A stretch of 64,000 bases of DNA from an uncultured Actinomycetes bacterium (GCA_963716935.1 CAVQUN010000005.1:384864-448863); one strand, 5' to 3'. Shown: positions 9,763 to 19,144, counted from the stretch's first letter. A program made the numbers and translations. The notes: generated from the sequence alone by a model not told the origin.

Positions 9763-11190
9763 ATGCTCTTCCCGACCACCGACTTCGCGATCTTCTTCGC
9801 GGTGGTGTTCGCGCTCAGCTGGGTGCTGAACCCACATCGCCGCGCCTGGAAGTGCTTCATGCTCGCCGCCAGCTACGCGTTCTACGCGTGGTGGGACTGG
9901 CGCCTCGTCTGGCTCCTCGCGCTCGTGAGCGCGGTCGCGCAGCTCGGCGCGATCTGGGTCGAGCGCGAGGACGACGAGCGGCGCCGCCGGCGTCGCACGG
10001 CGGTGAGCGTCGTCGCGCTGCTCGCCCCGCTCGCCTGGTTCAAGTACTACGGGTTCTTCGCGCTCAGCCTCGCGAACGGGTTCGACTCGCTCGGCCTGTC
10101 CGCGCCCCTGCCCCTGTTGCAGGTCGTCCTGCCGGTGGGGATCAGCTTCTACACGTTCATGGCCATCAGCTACGTCGTCGACGTCTCGCGGCTGGAGATC
10201 ACGCCCGCGCCGTGGCTCGACGCGTTCGTCTACCTGTCGTTCTTCCCGCATCTCGTCGCGGGGCCCATCGTTCGCGGCGACGAGCTGCTCCCGCAGGTTC
10301 GTCGGGCTCGCGACTCGTCGTCGATCGACGTGTCGCGCGCCGCGTACCTGATCGCCGGCGGCCTGTTCAAGAAGATCGTCGTGTCGAGCTTCCTCGCCGC
10401 GCAGATCGTCGACCCGGTCTTCGGCGCGCCCGGTGCGCACTCGGCGCTCGAGACCCTGCTCGCGATCTACGGCTACGCGATCGTGATCTACACGGACTTC
10501 AGCGCGTACAGCGACATCGCCATCGGCACCGCGCTGCTGCTCGGGTTCGAGTTCCCGGAGAACTTCGACCGGCCCTACTCCGCGATCTCGCTCCGCGACT
10601 TCTGGCAGCGATGGCACATGACGCTGTCCCGATGGTTGCGCGACTACCTGTACATCCCCCTCGGGGGGAGCCGGCGCGGGGAGCTCCGCACCGCCGTGAA
10701 CGTGATGATCACGATGTTGCTCGGCGGCCTGTGGCACGGCGCCGGTTGGACGTTCGTCGTCTGGGGAGGGTTGCACGGCGGCGGCCAGATCGTCGGCCGG
10801 GCCCGCCGTCGATGGCGCGAGGCGCACGCGCGTCCCGCCGAACCCACGTCGGCGGGGCGCCGGGCGATCGCCACGGTGGTCACCTTCCAGCTCGTCTGCC
10901 TGGGTTGGGTGTTCTTCCGCGCCGACTCGATGAGCTCGGCGCTCGCGGTGCTCGGACGGCTGGTGCACGGCTGGGGCGAGGCATCCCCGCTGGTCACGCC
11001 GGCGGTCGTCGCCGTGATCGCGGCGATGCTGCTGCTCCAGAACGCCCCGCGGACGCCGGCCGACGCCCTCCAGCGGTCGTTCTCCCGGCTCGTCCCCGTC
11101 CTGCAGGGAGCGGCGTTCGCCCTGGTCCTGTTCTCGATCACGTCCCTCGGCCCGCAGGGCGTCTCGCCCTTCATCTACTTCCGCTTCTGA
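9763..11190 (+). CDS. MBOAT-family membrane O-acyltransferase (AlgI/DltB/PatA-like)
   Basis: Multi-TM protein with the conserved MBOAT region (FWQRWHMTLSRWLRDYLYIPLGG...WHG). Confidence 0.9.
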   Translation: MLFPTTDFAIFFAVVFALSWVLNPHRRAWKCFMLAASYAFYAWWDWRLVWLLALVSAVAQLGAIWVEREDDERRRRRRTAVSVVALLAPLAWFKYYGFFALSLANGFDSLGLSAPLPLLQVVLPVGISFYTFMAISYVVDVSRLEITPAPWLDAFVYLSFFPHLVAGPIVRGDELLPQVRRARDSSSIDVSRAAYLIAGGLFKKIVVSSFLAAQIVDPVFGAPGAHSALETLLAIYGYAIVIYTDFSAYSDIAIGTALLLGFEFPENFDRPYSAISLRDFWQRWHMTLSRWLRDYLYIPLGGSRRGELRTAVNVMITMLLGGLWHGAGWTFVVWGGLHGGGQIVGRARRRWREAHARPAEPTSAGRRAIATVVTFQLVCLGWVFFRADSMSSALAVLGRLVHGWGEASPLVTPAVVAVIAAMLLLQNAPRTPADALQRSFSRLVPVLQGAAFALVLFSITSLGPQGVSPFIYFRF

Positions 11191-11192
11191 CC

Positions 11193-12359
11193 ATGGCGCA
11201 GACGATCTCCCCGCCGAGGCCATCGCTCGAGGACCCCGAGCCGAGGCCGATGACGCCCGCACGCGGGCGGCGAACGGTCCGCGCGAAGGACGCGTTCGTG
11301 ACGCTCGTCGTCGCTCTCGTCCTGTGGGCGCTGCTGTTCGCGCCCGTGCTCGAGAAGGGGGCGGAGGGCGGGCCGGTGGGGACCCGCCGAACGGTGGCGC
11401 TCGCCCTGCTCCGGCCGCTCACGACCGTGTCCGACGCGCTCGGCGTCGATCGGGCGTCCGGCGTCGTGCTCCGCGTGCTCGGACGCGACCTCGACGCCCC
11501 GGCCGGCGGCGAGCTCGACCTCCCGCAGATCGACCTGCCGCCGCTTCCGCCGATCGTCGAGCCGGCCGATCCGTCGCCGCCACCACCCGAGCACACCAGC
11601 CCGTCCCCCGCCACACCGCAAGCGGCCGAACAGGAGCCGCCGCCCGACGGCGGGGGCTCGCCGGCTGCCGCCGCCGACCCGAAGATCCGCCTTCCCACCG
11701 GCGACGCAAAGCTGCGGGTCGCCGTCGTCGGCGACTCGCTGTCGCAGGGACTCGGGCCGGCGATCGCGCAGCTGTTCGATCCCGACGTGAGCCGGGTGTT
11801 GCCGCTCGGCCGCCAGTCGACGGGCCTCGCGAGGCAGGACTACTTCAACTGGCAGTCCGCCATGCGCCAGCTCGAGGAGGAGTTCCGGCCCGACCTCGTG
11901 TTCGTCCAGCTCGGCTCGAACGACAACCAGTCGCAGATCACCCCGAGCGGCGGCCAGGTGGAGGTCGGCAGCATCGCGTGGGTGAACGCCTATCGCGAGC
12001 GCGTCGACGCCTTCCTGCGCGAGGCGACCTCGAACGGAACCCACGTCGTCTGGGTCGGGATCCCGGTCGTCGCCGAGCACCAGCGATGGGAGTTCTACCG
12101 GCGGGTCAACGCGATCTATCGAGAGGCGGCCGCCGCCAACCCGCTCGCCACCTATGTGGACGCGTGGAACCTGTTCGAGAACCGCGAGGGCGGCTACACG
12201 GCCTACCTGCGCAACGAGCGGGGCGTCTTGCAGGAGATGCGCGCACCCGACGGGATCCACATGACGCCCACCGGCTACGACTACCTCGCGCGCGATGCCA
12301 TCCGGGCGGCGGCGACGGCGTTCGCCCTGCCGCAGCGGGCCGTCTCGTTCCCGATCTGA
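11193..12359 (+). CDS. SGNH/GDSL hydrolase-family protein with N-terminal membrane anchor and Pro-rich linker (AlgJ/PatB/DltD-like partner)
   Basis: ATG 3 nt after the MBOAT stop. TM anchor, then a PPLPP...PPPP linker, then the GDSL block AVVGDSLSQG and an SGNH core. Confidence 0.8.
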   Translation: MAQTISPPRPSLEDPEPRPMTPARGRRTVRAKDAFVTLVVALVLWALLFAPVLEKGAEGGPVGTRRTVALALLRPLTTVSDALGVDRASGVVLRVLGRDLDAPAGGELDLPQIDLPPLPPIVEPADPSPPPPEHTSPSPATPQAAEQEPPPDGGGSPAAAADPKIRLPTGDAKLRVAVVGDSLSQGLGPAIAQLFDPDVSRVLPLGRQSTGLARQDYFNWQSAMRQLEEEFRPDLVFVQLGSNDNQSQITPSGGQVEVGSIAWVNAYRERVDAFLREATSNGTHVVWVGIPVVAEHQRWEFYRRVNAIYREAAAANPLATYVDAWNLFENREGGYTAYLRNERGVLQEMRAPDGIHMTPTGYDYLARDAIRAAATAFALPQRAVSFPI

Positions 12360-12434
12360 GCCGGCTCCTCGCCCGCACCTGTCGAACCCGTTCGTCGCCG
12401 TTCGTCGGTAGGGTGACGGAGGGTGGACGACGGT

Positions 12435-12452
12435 CGATCGGAGCTCCGATCG
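12435..12452. promoter_or_regulatory. Perfect 18-bp palindrome CGATCGGAGCTCCGATCG upstream of the yciI-like/sigma operon
   Basis: Perfect inverted repeat immediately 5' of the RBS GGGAGGAGG of the YciI-like gene. Preceded by a tandem direct repeat CCGTTCGTCG x2 (12389-12408). Confidence 0.3.
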
Positions 12453-12464
12453 GGAGGAGGCGGC

Positions 12465-12827
12465 ATGCGATACCTGCTGTTGATCTACGGGGACGAGAAG
12501 GAATGGGACGGCATGGGGCTCTCGCCCGAGGACCAGGCGGTCGAGATGAAGCGGTGGAACGACTACACCGACTGGCTCCAACAGAAGGGCTGGCACCTCG
12601 GGGGCGAGGCGCTCGAGCCGACGTCCTCGGCCACGACGGTGCGCGGGAGCGAGGGCACGACGCTCACCACGGACGGGCCCTTCGCCGAGACGAAGGAGCA
12701 GCTCGGCGGCTACTACCTGATCAATTGCGCGAACCTGGACGAGGCCATCGAGGCGGCGTCGCAGATCCCCAGCGTCGGGCGGGGGTCCATCGAGATCCGG
12801 CCGATCATGGAGTTCGGGCAGGAGTAG
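12465..12827 (+). CDS. YciI-like / DGPF-domain protein
   Basis: YCII-related fold with the DGPF motif (TTDGPFAETKEQLGGYYLI). ATG 12465 lies behind a strong RBS. Confidence 0.8.
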   Translation: MRYLLLIYGDEKEWDGMGLSPEDQAVEMKRWNDYTDWLQQKGWHLGGEALEPTSSATTVRGSEGTTLTTDGPFAETKEQLGGYYLINCANLDEAIEAASQIPSVGRGSIEIRPIMEFGQE

Positions 12828-12903
12828 CGGGATCGATCCGCGTGCGGTCGTCGACGACCTGTTTCGCACGGAGCACGGACGGGTCGTCGCCACCCTGATC
12901 CGC

Positions 12904-14064
12904 GTGCTCGGCGACTTCGACCTCGCCGAGGACGCGGTGCAGGAGGCGTTCGCCGAGGCGGTGCGGACCTGGCCCGAGCGCGGGGTCCCGCGCAACCCGG
13001 GAGCGTGGATCACGACGACCGCGCGGAATCGGGCGATCGACCGGCTCCGGCGCGAGCGGGTCCTGCGCGAGAAGACCGAAACGCTGACCCGGCTCGCCGA
13101 GCTCGAGTCCCTGGGCGGAGACGAGACCGACGTGAGTGGGATCCCCGACGACCGGCTGCGGCTGATCTTCACGTGCTGTCACCCGGCGCTGCCGATGGAC
13201 GCTCGCGTCGCGCTCACGCTGCGAACCCTCGGCGGCCTCACCACGGGGGAGATCGCCAGGGCGTTCCTGGTCGCCGAGGCCGCGATGGCACAGCGGCTGG
13301 TGCGGGCGAAGCGGAAGATCGTCGCCGCCGCGATCCCGTACCGGGTCCCCCCGCCCGAGCTGTTGCCCGAGCGACTGCCGGGCGTGCTCGCGGTGCTCTA
13401 CCTCGTCTTCAACGAGGGCTACGCGGCGACCTCGGGCCCGCTCGTGCGCACCGATCTGTGCAACGAAGCGATCCGGCTGACCCGGGTGCTGGTGGCCCTC
13501 ATGCCGAACGAGGCCGAGGCCGAGGGACTGATGGCGCTGATGCTCCTGCAGCACTCGCGCCGCGATGCGCGGGCCGACGAGCGGGGAGCCCTCGTGCTGC
13601 TCGAGGACCAGGACCGGGCGCGGTGGGACCACGACATGATCGACGAGGGGATCACCGCCCTCGACGCCGCCATGGCCGCTCGGCGGCCCGGCCCGTATCA
13701 GATCCAGGCGGCGATCGCCGCACTGCACGCGCAGGCACCGCGACCCGAGGACACGGACTGGCCGCAGATCGCGGCCCTGTACGGGCGGCTGGCCGAGCTC
13801 TCGCCCTCGCCCGTCGTGGAGCTGAACCGCGCGGTGGCGGTCGCGATGGCCGACGGGCCCGCGCGGGGCCTCTCGATGGTGAACGCCCTCGCGGGCGACC
13901 TCGACGGCTACCACCTGTTCCACTCGGCGCGGGCCGATCTCCTTCGCCGGCTCGAACGACGGGACGAGGCCGCCGAGTCCTACCGTCGAGCGCTGGCGCT
14001 CGCAACGAATCCGAGCGAGCGGGCGTACCTCGAGCTGCGGCTCGCGGAGGTCACGGCGACCTGA
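12904..14064 (+). CDS. ECF-type RNA polymerase sigma-70 factor with C-terminal extension (SigJ-like/DUF6596 type)
   Basis: Sigma regions 2 and 4 (DAVQEAF...WITTTARNRAIDRLRR) and a long C-terminal domain. First canonical start is GTG 12904, but conserved region 2.1 is encoded in-frame upstream from about 12829 (see findings). Confidence 0.75.
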   Translation: MLGDFDLAEDAVQEAFAEAVRTWPERGVPRNPGAWITTTARNRAIDRLRRERVLREKTETLTRLAELESLGGDETDVSGIPDDRLRLIFTCCHPALPMDARVALTLRTLGGLTTGEIARAFLVAEAAMAQRLVRAKRKIVAAAIPYRVPPPELLPERLPGVLAVLYLVFNEGYAATSGPLVRTDLCNEAIRLTRVLVALMPNEAEAEGLMALMLLQHSRRDARADERGALVLLEDQDRARWDHDMIDEGITALDAAMAARRPGPYQIQAAIAALHAQAPRPEDTDWPQIAALYGRLAELSPSPVVELNRAVAVAMADGPARGLSMVNALAGDLDGYHLFHSARADLLRRLERRDEAAESYRRALALATNPSERAYLELRLAEVTAT

Positions 14065-14497
14065 CCAGATACATCAACACGGCGCCGACGGGGATCGGCC
14101 CGTCGTCGCCGTCCAGGTTGGTGCTCGTCAGGTACGGCCCTTGCGCAGGGCGATATCCCAGGCGCTCGTACAGGGCTCGCGCCGGCGCGGCCGCCTCGTC
14201 GAGCGAGACGGACAGGCCGACGGCGATCTGGCCGGCCGCGAGCGCGGCTGCCTCGAGCGCGCCCATGATCGCGCGCGCGGCCCCCTGCCGGCGTCGCGAG
14301 GGCTCGACGAAGACGTCGCGCACCTCCGCGCAGCGCTCGCGGGCCGCCGAGATCGAGTACTCCTCGTGGATGGGGAACAGCACCATCCCTCGCCCGACGG
14401 GCTCGCGTCCGTCCCACGCGATCACCTGAACGAGCTCGCCGCGACGCTGGGCGGCGAGCCGGCGTTCGTACTCGGTCGAGCTCCAGACGGGCAGCAC
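14051..14497 (-). CDS. GNAT-family N-acetyltransferase
   Basis: GNAT motif A (RRRQGAARAIMGALE) and fold. Convergent with the sigma factor, with a 14-nt tail overlap. Confidence 0.75.
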   Translation of the reverse strand: MLPVWSSTEYERRLAAQRRGELVQVIAWDGREPVGRGMVLFPIHEEYSISAARERCAEVRDVFVEPSRRRQGAARAIMGALEAAALAAGQIAVGLSVSLDEAAAPARALYERLGYRPAQGPYLTSTNLDGDDGPIPVGAVLMYLVRSP

Positions 14498-14546
14498 TCG
14501 GTGCAGGGCCCCGAGGTCGGCCTCCCCGAGCCGGCGGACCTCGAGC

Positions 14547-15926
14547 TCAGCCGATCGGCACCTCCGGCAGCCGGGCGAGCGCCGCCTCCTCCGCCGCCGG
14601 GTCGAACTCGACCTCGGGCAACCGGCCGTTCAGGTAGTCGTCGTACGCCTGCATGTCGAAGTGACCGTGACCCGAGAGCCCGATCAGGATCACCCGCTCC
14701 TGCCCGGCTACGCGCGCCGCGCGCGCCTCGTTCACGGCGCCGCGGATCGCGTGCGCCGACTCCGGCGCCGGCACGATCCCCTGGGCCTTGGCGAACAGCA
14801 CGGCCGCCTCGAACACCTCGTTCTGCGTGTACGCGGCCGCCTCCATGTGTCCGTGCTTGACGAGCAGCGACAGCGACGGGGAGTCCCCGTGGTAGCGAAG
14901 CCCGCCCGCGTGGACCGGCGCGGGGACGAAGTCGTGCCCGAGCGTGTACATGGGAAGCAGCGGGGTGAGCTGCGCCGTGTCGCCGAAGTCGTAGGCGAAT
15001 CGGCCCTTCGTGAGCGTCGGGCACGCCGCGGGCTCGGTCGCGAGGAACCGCATGTCGGGCGTCTCGCCGCGCAGCCGCCCCGCCATGAACGGATACGCGA
15101 GCCCGCCGTAGTTGGAACCGCCGCCGACGCACCCGATCACGACGTCGGGCACCTCGCCGGCCATCGCCATCTGCTCCTTGGCCTCGAGCCCGACGACGCT
15201 CTGGTGCAGCAGCACGTGGTTCAGGCAGGACCCGATCGAGTAGTTCGTGTCCTCGTTCGTCGCCGCGACCTCGATCGCCTCGCTGATGGCGATGCCGAGC
15301 GAGCCCGTCGAGTCCGGGTTCGCCTCCAGGATCGACTTCCCGGCCTGGGTCGTGGACGTCGGCGAGGACCGCACCTCGGCGCCGAAGGTCTCGATGAAGA
15401 TGCGCCGGTACGGCTTCTGTTCGTACGACGCTCGCACCATGAAGACCAGGCACTCGAGGCCGAAGAAGCTGCACGCCATCGACAGCGATGACCCCCATTG
15501 CCCGGCGCCGGTCTCCGTCGACAGGCGGCGCGCACCCGCCTCGCGGTTGTAGTACGCCTGCGCCACCGCGGTGTTCGGCTTGTGCGACCCCGCGGGCGAG
15601 ACGCCCTCGTACTTGAAGTAGATCCGCGCCGGCGTGTCGAGCGCGCGCTCGAGCCGCGTGGCGCGAAACAGCGGCGACGGCCGCCAGAGCTGATAGACGT
15701 CGAGGACCTCGCCGGGGATGTCGATCCACTCGTCGGTCGAGACCTCTTGCAGGATCAGCGCCTCGGGGAACAGGGGGGCGAAGAGGTCCGGGGTCACCGG
15801 CTCCTTCGTCCCCGGATGCAGTGGCGGCAGGGGAGGGATCCCCGCCTGCGCCATCACGGGCAACAGGTTCTGCCAAGCCGTCGGGATGCGATCGGAGGGA
15901 AGGTCGAAGCGCGTGCGCTCGGTCAC
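14547..15926 (-). CDS. trpB2: TrpB-like PLP-dependent enzyme (tryptophan synthase beta, TrpB2 family)
   Basis: About 459 aa, with the PLP-lysine region ([11 protein letters not shown]) and the TrpB2-type N-terminal extension. Confidence 0.85.
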   Translation of the reverse strand: MTERTRFDLPSDRIPTAWQNLLPVMAQAGIPPLPPLHPGTKEPVTPDLFAPLFPEALILQEVSTDEWIDIPGEVLDVYQLWRPSPLFRATRLERALDTPARIYFKYEGVSPAGSHKPNTAVAQAYYNREAGARRLSTETGAGQWGSSLSMACSFFGLECLVFMVRASYEQKPYRRIFIETFGAEVRSSPTSTTQAGKSILEANPDSTGSLGIAISEAIEVAATNEDTNYSIGSCLNHVLLHQSVVGLEAKEQMAMAGEVPDVVIGCVGGGSNYGGLAYPFMAGRLRGETPDMRFLATEPAACPTLTKGRFAYDFGDTAQLTPLLPMYTLGHDFVPAPVHAGGLRYHGDSPSLSLLVKHGHMEAAAYTQNEVFEAAVLFAKAQGIVPAPESAHAIRGAVNEARAARVAGQERVILIGLSGHGHFDMQAYDDYLNGRLPEVEFDPAAEEAALARLPEVPIG

Positions 15927-15992
15927 CGGTGCCTCCTCGAAGCCGGGAAAGAGCGCGAAGCGTACCCGGTCGCGCGCGCCGGGCGCCAGCCG

Positions 15993-17483
15993 TCAGCGCG
16001 GCGCGTCGGGCAGGTGCAAAGGGGTTGCGCTCGGGTAGTCGGGCTCGTCGTGCTCCTTGGTGACGTGCCACTTCCGCGGCGCGATGAGCGCGTCGGCCTC
16101 GGGCGGGCCCCAGGTCCCCGGCTCGTACGGGTGGACGGGGGCGGGATGGTCGAGCACCGGCTGGAGGATCTCCCAGGCGCGCTCGACCCCGTCCTGGCGG
16201 ATGAACAGGGAGTGGTCGCCGCGCATCGCCTCCAGGATCAGCAGTTCGTAGGCGTCGGGGATCTCCTGCTGGGGGAAGTCCTCGTCGTAGTCGAACTCCA
16301 TCGTCACACGGCCCAGACGCATCCCGGGACCGGGCCGTTTCGCGTTGAACGCGATGGTGATGCCCTCGTCGGGCTGGATCCGAATCGTGAGGTGGTCGCG
16401 CTTGGCGAGGTCGACCTCCGTGTTCTTGAACACGTTGAAGGGGACCTTGCGAAACTTGAGGGTGATCTCGCTCGCCTTCTCCTGCAGCCGCTTGCCGGTC
16501 CGCAGGTAGAACGGCACGCCGGCCCACCGCCAGTTGTCGACCGTGAGCTCCATCGCCGAGAAGGTCTCGACGTTGGACTCGTCCGAGACGCCCTCCTCCT
16601 GCCGGTACCCCCGGTACTGGCCGCGGACGATCCGGTCGGGATGGCAGGCCTCGGTGGCCCGCAGCACCTTCACGGTCTCGTCGCGCAACCGGTCGGGCTC
16701 GAACGCGACCGGCGGTTCCATCCCGACGAACGTCATCACCTGGAAGAGGTGGGTCGAGATGATGTCGCGGATGCTGCCCGTCTGCTCGTAGAACACACCC
16801 CGCCCCTCGATCCCGATCGACTCGGCGACCGTGATCTGCACGTGGTCGATGTAGCGACGGTTCCAGATCGGCTCGAACATCCCGTTCGCGAATCGGAACG
16901 CGAGGACGTTCTGGACGGTCTCCTTGCCGAGGTAGTGATCGATGCGGAACACCTGAGACTCGTCGAAGACCTCGTGGATCGTGGCGTTCAGCTCCTGCGC
17001 CGACGCGAGGTCCCGGCCGAACGGCTTCTCGAACACGATCTTCGCGTCGCGGTGGAGCCCGACCTCGCCGAGCCGGCGCACGATGTCGGGATAGACGGTC
17101 GGCGGGGTGGCGGCGTAGAAGAACCGACCCCCGGCGGTCCCGAGGCGCTCGTCGGCCCGCTCGAGGTGCTCGAGGAGCCCCCCCATCGCGAGGGGGTCGG
17201 CGAACTCGCCCTGGCAGTAGGAAAGGTGTCGCGCGAAGTCGGCCCAGACCTGTCCCTCCGGTCGGTGCCGGGAGAACTCCCGGATGTGGTCGTGCGCCTG
17301 CTCCAGGAACTCGTCGTCCGTCATCGGGGACCTCGCGTAGCCGACGATCGCGAAGCCCTTCGGCAGCGCCCCCTGCAGGAACAAGTGGTAGAAGGCGGGA
17401 AGCAGCTTGCGCTTGGTCAGATCGCCCGAGGCGCCGAAGATCACCACCGCTTGCGGAGCGAGCTCCTTCACCACCGCGCTCAC
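15993..17483 (-). CDS. zwf: Glucose-6-phosphate 1-dehydrogenase
   Basis: NADP-binding VIFGASGDLTKRKL, catalytic RIDHYLGKE, and the full G6PD C-terminal domain. GTG 17483 forms a GTGA overlap with the upstream Rieske-like gene (alternative ATG at 17516). Confidence 0.88.
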   Translation of the reverse strand: MSAVVKELAPQAVVIFGASGDLTKRKLLPAFYHLFLQGALPKGFAIVGYARSPMTDDEFLEQAHDHIREFSRHRPEGQVWADFARHLSYCQGEFADPLAMGGLLEHLERADERLGTAGGRFFYAATPPTVYPDIVRRLGEVGLHRDAKIVFEKPFGRDLASAQELNATIHEVFDESQVFRIDHYLGKETVQNVLAFRFANGMFEPIWNRRYIDHVQITVAESIGIEGRGVFYEQTGSIRDIISTHLFQVMTFVGMEPPVAFEPDRLRDETVKVLRATEACHPDRIVRGQYRGYRQEEGVSDESNVETFSAMELTVDNWRWAGVPFYLRTGKRLQEKASEITLKFRKVPFNVFKNTEVDLAKRDHLTIRIQPDEGITIAFNAKRPGPGMRLGRVTMEFDYDEDFPQQEIPDAYELLILEAMRGDHSLFIRQDGVERAWEILQPVLDHPAPVHPYEPGTWGPPEADALIAPRKWHVTKEHDEPDYPSATPLHLPDAPR

Positions 17484-17812
17484 GACTCCTCGGCCGGCGG
17501 CGCGACCTCGATCCATCCGTCGCGCTCGCGGACGCCGAACACCCGGATCGGGTCGACTGCGGGCCCGTCGAGGGGCTCGCCGCTCCGAAGGTCGAACTCG
17601 CTCCCGTCCCCCGGGCAGATCACGCTGTCCTCGTCGGCGCCGAGCTCCCCCTCGGCGAGCGATGAGAGATCGTGCGGGCATTCGTCGGCGACGACGAACA
17701 GCTCCTGCTCGACGTGCACGACCGCGACGCGCGCCTCGGCAAGGTCGTAGGCGCGCAGCTCGCCCTCGGGAACCTCGGCCAGCGCCGCGATGCGCCGAAA
17801 GCCCTCATCCAC
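17480..17812 (-). CDS. Rieske/NirD-like small protein, atypical (second cluster His replaced by Asp)
   Basis: CPH...CPGDGSEFDLRSG matches the NirD/Rieske spacing, but has D where the second His ligand is expected. Translationally coupled to zwf. Confidence 0.65.
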   Translation of the reverse strand: MDEGFRRIAALAEVPEGELRAYDLAEARVAVVHVEQELFVVADECPHDLSSLAEGELGADEDSVICPGDGSEFDLRSGEPLDGPAVDPIRVFGVRERDGWIEVAPPAEES

Positions 17813-17867
17813 GTTCCCACCTCACGCTCGGCATCTTCTCGCATCGGCGACGGCGGGCCGAGCGACC

Positions 17868-18560
17868 TCACGACGCCGCCGGCCGGGCCGGCACGCGGGC
17901 GAGCGCCATCCATCCCCGCTGCACGACGGTGACGGCGCCGAGCGTCGTCAGGATCGCGAGCGCGGGCAACAGCGCCCCGGGGACCGTCAGGCCGATCAAC
18001 ATGGCGACGTAGCGTTCGAGCCGTTGGAAGAACCCCTCGGACAGCGAGACGCCGGCCGCCTCGGCCTCGGCGCGGATGTGGCTCACCGACACCGCGATGA
18101 CCATCGTGGCGAGGGCGAGCCCGGCCTCCAACCGTTGGCCGCTCTGCTCCGCGAGGGACCAGTACAGGCACCCGAACAAGATGAGGTCCGACACCCGGTC
18201 CAGGACCGAGTCCAGGAAGGCGCCGAACCGGCTTTCCTCCCCCCGGAGCCGGGCGACGGCGCCGTCGAGGACGTCGAGCAGCCCCGCGGGGATGAGGAGC
18301 AACCCGGGGACGAGCCGTTCGCCGCGCAGAAGGAGGATGCCGACCCACACGTTGGTCGCGAGCGCGAGCAGCGTGAGGTGCCACGGTCGCAACCCGCTCC
18401 GGTAGGCGCCCGCGAGCAACACCCGGTACGGCCAGGTGAACACCCACCGCAGCGGTTTGGCGGCAAGCCCGGTCGCCTGTCGCGGCGCCGGCATGTCCCG
18501 GATCCGCGGGACCTCCTCCGGTCCCGGCTCTCCGGGATCCGTGGCCGGTGGCTCGTTCAT
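17868..18560 (-). CDS. CDP-alcohol phosphatidyltransferase-family membrane protein
   Basis: CDP-OH_P_transf signature region (DVLDGAVAR...DSVLDRVSD) with multiple TM helices. Confidence 0.75.
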   Translation of the reverse strand: MNEPPATDPGEPGPEEVPRIRDMPAPRQATGLAAKPLRWVFTWPYRVLLAGAYRSGLRPWHLTLLALATNVWVGILLLRGERLVPGLLLIPAGLLDVLDGAVARLRGEESRFGAFLDSVLDRVSDLILFGCLYWSLAEQSGQRLEAGLALATMVIAVSVSHIRAEAEAAGVSLSEGFFQRLERYVAMLIGLTVPGALLPALAILTTLGAVTVVQRGWMALARVPARPAAS

Positions 18561-18599
18561 CCCGGCGAGGCTAGCGCCGTTGGCGGACGCGCGTCGCGC

Positions 18600-19133
18600 T
18601 CAGGACCGCGGCTCGAGGCCGACGACCCGGTACCGGAAGGTACCGCCCGGCGCCTCGTACGCCACCTCGTCGTCGGCGCGGGCCCCGATCACCGCTCGCC
18701 CGAGCGGGGACGTGATCGTGATCGTCCGCACGCCGGGGACGCGCTCCTCGGCCGATTCGGCCAGCAGGTAGACCTCGTCCTCGAGATCGGGGTCCTCGAG
18801 GGGCCGCAGGGTCACGAGCATCCCGGCGCCAACGACCTCGGAGGAGGGAGGCGCCTCGACGATCTCGGGATCGCGGAGCATGTGCTCGATCTTGCGGATC
18901 CGCGACTCCATCAGACCCTGCTCGTTCTTGGCGGCGTCGTACTCCGCGTTCTCGCGGATGTCCCCGTACTCGCGGGCGACCTTGAGACGCTCGGCGATGT
19001 GCGAGCGGCCGTCCGTGCGCAGCCCATCGAGCTCGGCCTTCAACCGAAGGTACGCGTCGAGCGTCAGCGTGGCCGTCGGCTCCACGCCCGGCTTGCGGGG
19101 GGGCCTGCTGGCGAGCTCCTCGGGCAGTTCCAC
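18600..19133 (-). CDS. greA: Transcription elongation factor GreA
   Basis: The C-terminal 177 aa of the track ORF are a canonical GreA (LTLDAYLRLKAELDGL...GDIRENAEYDAAK...). GTG at 19133. The upstream 167 aa of the track ORF is Arg-rich artefact. Confidence 0.88.
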   Translation of the reverse strand: MELPEELASRPPRKPGVEPTATLTLDAYLRLKAELDGLRTDGRSHIAERLKVAREYGDIRENAEYDAAKNEQGLMESRIRKIEHMLRDPEIVEAPPSSEVVGAGMLVTLRPLEDPDLEDEVYLLAESAEERVPGVRTITITSPLGRAVIGARADDEVAYEAPGGTFRYRVVGLEPRS

Positions 19134-19144
19134 GGCGAGCGAAT

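Noticed and set aside
9673-13172. 529-aa and 665-aa minus-strand ORFs and 524-aa plus-strand ORF across the MBOAT/SGNH/sigma region
   Set aside because: Composition-biased, with no motifs, and contradicted by strongly supported genes on the other strand or frame.
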